Part shown: positions 58,191-64,000 of the stretch, piece after piece
Layout: every line of letters begins with the position of its first letter
Numbering within the stretch: position 1 is the first letter of the stretch
Assembly (NCBI RefSeq): GCF_009834535.1
Contig: NC_045698.1
Coordinates: 101,246,001-101,310,000 of the forward strand
Reading direction: 5' to 3'
Length of the DNA: 64,000 nucleotides
Source: Camelus ferus
Taxonomy: Eukaryota
Program-made: the position numbers and the translations under genes
The notes under the pieces: generated by a model
Database searches by the model: none
Seen by the model: only the letters and a program-made list of their open reading frames with translations
What the model was told of the DNA's origin: nothing

Positions 58191-61100
58191 ACCTCCCAGG
58201 CCCTGGTGTAGGCTCTGGAGATGCAGCATTAAATAGAACACAGTCCTTGCCTTAGTAGTTCACAGCCTTGGGGGGAAAACATATACATACCTGCCAACAT
58301 ACAACTGAAATACCGCCTTCTTAGTGCTACATTTAGTACATGCCCACCCCAGGGTGGGCCAGTGGGAAACAGCTGGGGCGTGGACTGAGTTCAGGCTGAG
58401 TTATAAATAGGACTGAGTGAAGTGAAACGGGTGACAAGGGCATTCCAGTGAGAGGGAACCACATACGCACGGACTTGGTGGCAGAGAACATGGTGTTTCT
58501 GGGAATTATAGTACTGACCTGGCTGGGGTGAGCAACAGGAGATGGGAAGTGATTAGAACACTGCGGCTTGGGTAGAGGGCAGAGGCCAGGTCATGATCTG
58601 GTGTGCTCGTCTAAGGGGAGCAGACCCTATCCCACAGGCTTTAGGAGTCTCGGCAGGATTTTAAGTAGAACTATATCTTGATTAGATTTGTTCTTCACTA
58701 TCTGGCTGTAAAGCAGAGGATGGGCTGGAGAAGGCATGACTGGTTAAAAGGCTGCTGCAGTAATTCAGTGAAAGATAACATAGCATAAACTAAGGCCCTA
58801 TTAGTGGAGATACAGAGGAAAGAGGCAGATCATTGTGACGTTTAGGAAGTGGCGTTGACAAGACTTGGTGACTGCTTGGATTTGAGGAGAAGGGACAGGG
58901 AGTCAAGGATGGCTCTGAAGTTCTTCTTGAAGTGTGTGTGCGTGCACGTGTGTGTGTGCGTTCATGTTCCTTTTCCAGATAACATGTTTAAAGCAGGGCA
59001 GCTGTAGCTTTCCTGTGGGGACTGAGAACTGAATCCACACTTGAGAGTTCTCAGGAAGAGGAAGAAACTTGAGCTTCCATCTTGGGAACGGGCTGCACTT
59101 TAAGAGCCTGATGCATCATATAAAGATACTGATACATGGCTGATGTCTCTGCCTGAAAGCTGATAAAAATCCAAAAGAGAAAACACCCTGTTTATAGCAG
59201 CCTTAATATACCCTGAAGGACAATGTGCTTGGGGACCCTATCACAGGAAAGAGACTGGGGAAGAATAGCTATCTCGTGCTCACTGATAACCCTCACAGTA
59301 AGTTCACTCGTGGCATTGCTTTGGATTGCCCTCTGAACGAGAATTTCATGCTTGATGTAAGTCATCTCAAAACCCATGGAAAGAATTTGGGCAGAGGAAA
59401 TGAGATATGTGTAATCTGCTTTGGCCTCTGTTCTATCCCAGCATCTTAAGCATCTCTCTGCTCCTTCTTTTCCTGAGTGGTTTGAAGCTCCACTTTGTTT
59501 TTCTAGTTACTTAGACCTTTTCCCAGCTGTGATGTGGCAAGCCACAAGGGCAAGTCTAGGCGTGTCTTAGTCACTTATTTTTATTTGGAAAATCTTGTTC
59601 AGAATATATATGGAGAATTTCTTTGTCCTTTAACTCTGAATTGACTTAACGTGGATGTTTCCTGACTTAGGTTCTCAAAATCAGACAAATCATTTGATCT
59701 CAAAGTGAAATCCAATGATTCTCCCAAGCCCTGCTTCTCCCTGCAAGGTGATTTGTGACACGTTTTAAGAGGGTGTTCCTCTGACCCTAAACTTGTATTT
59801 ATAGTAGGGCCCTGAGTGAATGTGCTGGCCTGGGGAGTCAGTCAAGCAGCTATGTGTGTGGCTTCTGTACTTTGCCTAGAGGAGTAGAATGTATTTTTGT
59901 GTGTGCCTAGGGTCTGGAACAAGATAGAATGACATGTCACGAGTACTCCAGCTGACTCCTTGGACTGGGTTTGAATGACAGAGGGGTAAGAGAGAAAGAG
60001 CCAGTGCTGAAAGGATTTGTTTTCAAAGGCTCAAGTGAGAGAGTGTAGCGGTGAGACAGAGAGAAGGTCTGATCGCCGCACAGTCATTGCAGTTGCTGTT
60101 GCAGTTCTAGGACTGGCAGCTTTGGAAACCTCCATGCCTAGAGTGGCCATTGGGTGCAGAAATGATAAAGATGAGAAACACAAGTAGACTTGTTCTTGAG
60201 CACATTCGAGTCAACTCTGGGGATCCCCAGGAAGAAGCTGAGGGAGACTCTGAGGAGGTGGGCCTACAGTCCTCCAAAACTAGCGGACAAAACTGATCAG
60301 GATTTGAGTCATCTTACCTTATTTGTATTTAAAGGCATCTGGGGCCTGAGATGTCAGACTGGCCATAAAAGCCCCAGGCAGGAGAGCATTTATCTGTGTG
60401 TGCGGTGGAACTTCAATAAAAAAGCTGGAGTGGGTCCCCTGGTAGAATTTCAATCATTGTTCCTCATTGGCTTATCACATCTCTGACTCTTAAATGTCAT
60501 CTAAAAATCTCTGCTTTCTGAATGACAAAGCAGAGAGTGTGAGGCTAGAAACAAACTGCCTGGCTAAACTCGAGGCTGCTTGGTATGCAAAATCTGGATG
60601 TGCCATTAACTTTGCTGAGCTGATCATCAAGACTGTGGCCTAGTGTTTGCGAAAGAGAGGCCAGGACCATGCTCTCTGAGCCATTGATTTCCATCTAAAC
60701 ATTCTGCTGGATTGTGCATTGCTTTGGGAATCTGACTGGTGCACCATGTACCCATCTTCCCACTTACTTAGGAAGCTTGAAAGTTTTTTTTTCAAATTTC
60801 AAATTTTTAAAATTTCAAACAGAGCCACAAATGGAAGTATTTATGCGCTCCCACTTCCGTGAAAGATACAACAGGCCGTGCTGAAGCATTTCAGCAAGTG
60901 CTGTTTATGCCCGTGGCTGGGCACAGGTCCATCTCAGCTCCGTCTCCAAGGAGTACAGCCCCGTGTGTTTGATTTCGGTGTCTGGCTGGAGAAATGAATG
61001 ATACTGTCGAACAACATCAAAAGTCATGTTCACCCACCATCTTTGTCTATTGAATGAGTGATAAAGGAGCTTATAGAATGCCAGGGGAAAGAAAACAAAC

Positions 61101-61763
61101 TAATACCCAACAGTAGGGGATTTAAGTAAGCAGGGTGTTTATCCTATAGAAGAATATGTTGCTACTTAAAATAATGACACGTTTGAGAGGAGTATCTAAT
61201 AACATGGGGAGATACTTAGAGCGTCACGCTAAGCCAAAAACGTAGGTTACAAACATGAATATATATCTCCTTGTGGGATGTTCCAAGCCCTTGATATGTG
61301 GCAGCATTAAGGCCGTGCTTGCTCTGCTGGTAGACACAGTAGGTCTTTTCTCTTCCTTAGACCACATGGAAGGATACTGACTTAATTGGCCATATCCTCC
61401 AAAGCTCGTTAGTCTAGGTACCACTTCCTCAGTAAGAGCTTGCATTTCCCCCTGTTCTGACTCAAGACCACTTGAAATATATAAGATGATGGTCCGTCCA
61501 TCCTCTGCTGTCACTTACCTGTTACTCAGCGTTTTGAAAACAACTGTAGACACCAATATCCTGCTTGTCTTCTGCATGCCAGCACTGGTATAAAAGCCAA
61601 TCACAAGGCATTTGTCATTGTTTTTATATGATAACTTTGTAATTTTATTTAGACAGGAGCATTTTGTGTTGATAAATCTCGGCAGATTACCAAGTCAGAA
61701 TACATTTATTAAAACACCAATTAGATCGTGCTCCCTCATCCATCACAAGACCTTTAATTCTTG

Positions 61764-61859
61764 TGTGGTTTTGGCGGGGTGTTCCAGGAACCACATTCAC
61801 CTGAGTAAATGACTTAAATCAAATTGTCATTTTGAAAGGATTACCTTCCTGGAAATTTC
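61764..61859. promoter_or_regulatory. Candidate cytokine-responsive enhancer (RUNX x2, STAT GAS x2, AP-1-like)
   Basis: TGTGGTT 61764-61770, TTCCAGGAA 61782-61790, AACCACA 61789-61795, TGAGTAA 61802-61808, TTCCTGGAA 61846-61854. Motif evidence only. Confidence 0.4.
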
Positions 61860-62484
61860 AAGGCAAGCCATTCTTTATATACTCTCTGAATAATAAGCAG
61901 TATTGTTTCAAGCCTTCCTACTCCATTGTTGGGGTACAGCATGGGAAATAGCGAGTCTAGGAGGCTGAAGCTGAAAGGTGATAATTTTCCAAAGGGAGAT
62001 AATCTCCCCGGGTGCCCTTGGAATTGGAAAGAGCACACCAGTGACATGATCTCAGTGGGAAGTGGAATTAGCAACAGTCAGGGTCTGGAAGAAGAGATGG
62101 GGCCACTGAGAAGAGCAGATGCTGTTCCCTAAATGAGTGTTTTGGGTGTTTGTAAGATGAACATGATGTCTTTTCCCTCCCTTCTCCCAACTTTTGTTTT
62201 CTGCCAGCCAGTAGACAAGAATAATATTTCTGTTTTCCTGAAATGTCTTTCCAGGGTTGGGTATTCTGCTACTTACTGCCTGCCACTGACACCTTGCATG
62301 AAAACATCTGTAGCAGGTGCCAGTAAAAGAGCTTCTCCCAAAGGAGAAGACAGAAAAGAAGACAGGAGTTGGGCAGGAAGGAAGGTAGAATATAAGGAAG
62401 CAGAGATGAGAAAAATGCAGTAGATTGATTCGGAAGAAAACTTCTTTAGTAAGTCTTTATTGAGCACTTATTTGGGGCAAGGCG

Positions 62485-63020
62485 TTATGAGTGTATTTGG
62501 TTGAAAATGACAAAAATCCAACGTGAGCAAGCTCAAACAAAAGACAGTTTATTTGAAGGGTGCTGGTGTAGCTTACAGAATACAGAGAAGAGAAGAAAGC
62601 TGGGTTTCCTATGACTTATGTTTCCCTCTACAAGGTGTTTTCATTCTCTTTAACTATAGGACGTTCCTGCCTGAACACGAGGGAACATGACCTCAGGCAA
62701 TGAACTAACACCACTTTATTTGGTGACCCAAGATTTGACAGGTCAGCTTAAACAGTCTTGTGAAGGACTCTGGTCCAGCATGGGTCCAACACCTTCCTTT
62801 AACCAATCATGAGGCGTGGGGGTGGGAATGGTAGGCTGACTGGCCAGACCTGAGTCATGCCTCCATATTTGGCTGGTGACAGGGTACCATGACTGACAGT
62901 TACCAAGACAACCACCTTGTGAGTTGAAGAGAAGCTATGCCCCAAGAAATGAAGGAGTATTACAAGAAAAGGTGAAATTAGGGGTGGGAAATGATAGCAA
63001 ATTTTGCCTGAACAACAACA
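62485..63020 (-). mobile_element. Old MLT1 (J/K-like) LTR
   Basis: TTGGTTGAAAATGACAAAAATCCAAC...AAGCTCAAACAAAA...GGACTCTGGTCCAGCATGGGTC...TTAACCAATCA...TGGCCAGACCTGAGTCATGC. Confidence 0.6.
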
Positions 63021-63144
63021 ATTTAAGGGAACTAAAATGAGAAATATAAAGATGAGTAAGGTAGACAGGGAGAGCCTGTTAGGAAACTAAGACATGTTCA
63101 CAAATACCTTTAACATCCAGAGATCAAAGCAAAAAGTTAAAAAA

Positions 63145-63185
63145 AGAGAGAGACAGACAGACAGACGGACGGACAGAGAGAGGAG
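63145..63185. repeat. (GA)/(GACA)/(GACG) compound microsatellite
   Basis: Directly visible. Confidence 0.85.
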
Positions 63186-63649
63186 AAATAGAAAAAAGAA
63201 GGAAATGGGTTGAGGAAGGAGCAGATAGGTTATAGGCTGTAAGATGATGAAAATGATAGCAATGGAGGAAAAGAAGTAAATGCAAAATGAAATGTCCAAG
63301 CTCCGCTAGACTACATGATGTCTCAGAGAACACGGTCCCTGTGCAGGTTCCTTGTGTGGTCATTTTTTTTTTTAAACAAAGCAGAGCAGCAACACCAGAG
63401 ACCTCATTTTCCCTTCTAACTTTGGAAATGTGCTTATCTTCCAGTTACTAATTAGCTTTGTTTTGTATTCCATAGGCATAACTCACTGTTTACTTAAAAT
63501 AAAAAGATAGAACATTTGGAATGGGAATTACTGACCAAGATGGTGGAGAACACCCAGAGATGCTGAGGGAAGTGAGAGGAAAGGTCAGGAGGCATAAGAG
63601 AATGAGGTCTCTGTGTTTGTCATGTTGGCTGTGGCAGATGCATTTTACT

Positions 63650-63775
63650 AGGAGTCAGAGAATTGGCTACTATACCTGGCTGTGAAACCAACTTTCTGTG
63701 TTGCCTCATGCAAGTCATTTCACTTCTATAGACCTCAAATTTCTCATCTCCACAGTGACACAGATTGAATTAAAT
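63650..63775 (+). mobile_element. MIR fragment
   Basis: GAGTCAGAGAATTGG...CATGCAAGTCATTTCACTTCTATAGACCTCAAATTTCTCATCT. Confidence 0.6.
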
Positions 63776-64000
63776 CAGGGATGTCAAACTGTTTCATCAT
63801 AAGTGCCAATTCTGATCAATTAACTGTGAGAAGAACTGTGTCTGGATTCAGTGAGAAAGACTTTAAGCAACGAGACAGGTAATATGGTCAGCCATCAACT
63901 GCCATTAGTGCTTCAGTGGGAACTGGTTTTCTAGGATCTTTCCATGTGACAGATGAGGCCTTTTCTCCCCCTGGGGAAGAGTGTGAGGGTACTGCTCTAG

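Larger units (their letters stand above)
57335..58920 (-). mobile_element. Two L2 fragments (about 57335-57700 and 57730-58920) interrupted by MER20 and MLT1A
   Basis: ACCTATTACGTTCCAGGCACTGTTCCAGATGCTGGTGATAC; CCAGGCCCTGGTGTAGGCTCTGGAGATGCAGC...CATTCCAGTGAGAGGGAACCAC...GACAAGACTTGGTGACTGCTTGGAT. Confidence 0.65.

Noticed and set aside
59021-59054. ACTGAGAACTGAAT matches the 5' end of miR-146a/b and pairs with AGTTCTCAG 15 nt downstream
   Set aside because: The match stops after 12-14 nt and the hairpin has only a 9-bp stem (33 nt total), far short of a pre-miRNA. A 12-nt hit to some known miRNA is expected by chance in a window this size.
1-64000. Prokaryote-type systems (CRISPR arrays, operons, IS elements, defence islands) and endogenous non-retroviral viral genes
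   Set aside because: No regularly spaced repeat-spacer array and no long ORFs. All recognisable repeats are eutherian transposable elements.

Overview
This is 64 kb of mammalian genomic DNA, very probably camelid (alpaca, llama or camel). The evidence is three copies of a tRNA-Ala-derived SINE of the camelid vic-1 type (family name from memory) and camelid-style L1 3' ends; I saw no BovB, Bov-tA, CHR or PRE-1 elements. The window looks intronic or intergenic. I recognise no protein-coding gene, RNA gene, CpG island, CRISPR array or endogenous viral coding sequence. The supplied ORFs are chance ORFs, microsatellite translations or L1 ORF2 C-terminal remnants. Much of the window is repeats: old MIR and L2, MaLR LTRs (MLT1), hAT MITEs (MER3, MER5A, MER20, MER58A), old and young L1 fragments, one ERV1-type solo LTR, microsatellites, and two assembly gaps. 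Repeat family names come from recalled consensus similarity, not a RepeatMasker run, and boundaries are approximate unless a target-site duplication (TSD) is given. I found no convincing new biological system. The best leads are a dense RUNX/STAT/AP-1-like motif cluster (61.8 kb), two sets of candidate spliced + strand exons (0.26-1.2 kb and 21.8-22.2 kb), a YY1/E-box/palindrome module (27.0 kb), a CpG-retaining element cut by a gap (12.3 kb), and several retrotransposition events with readable TSDs and odd junctions.
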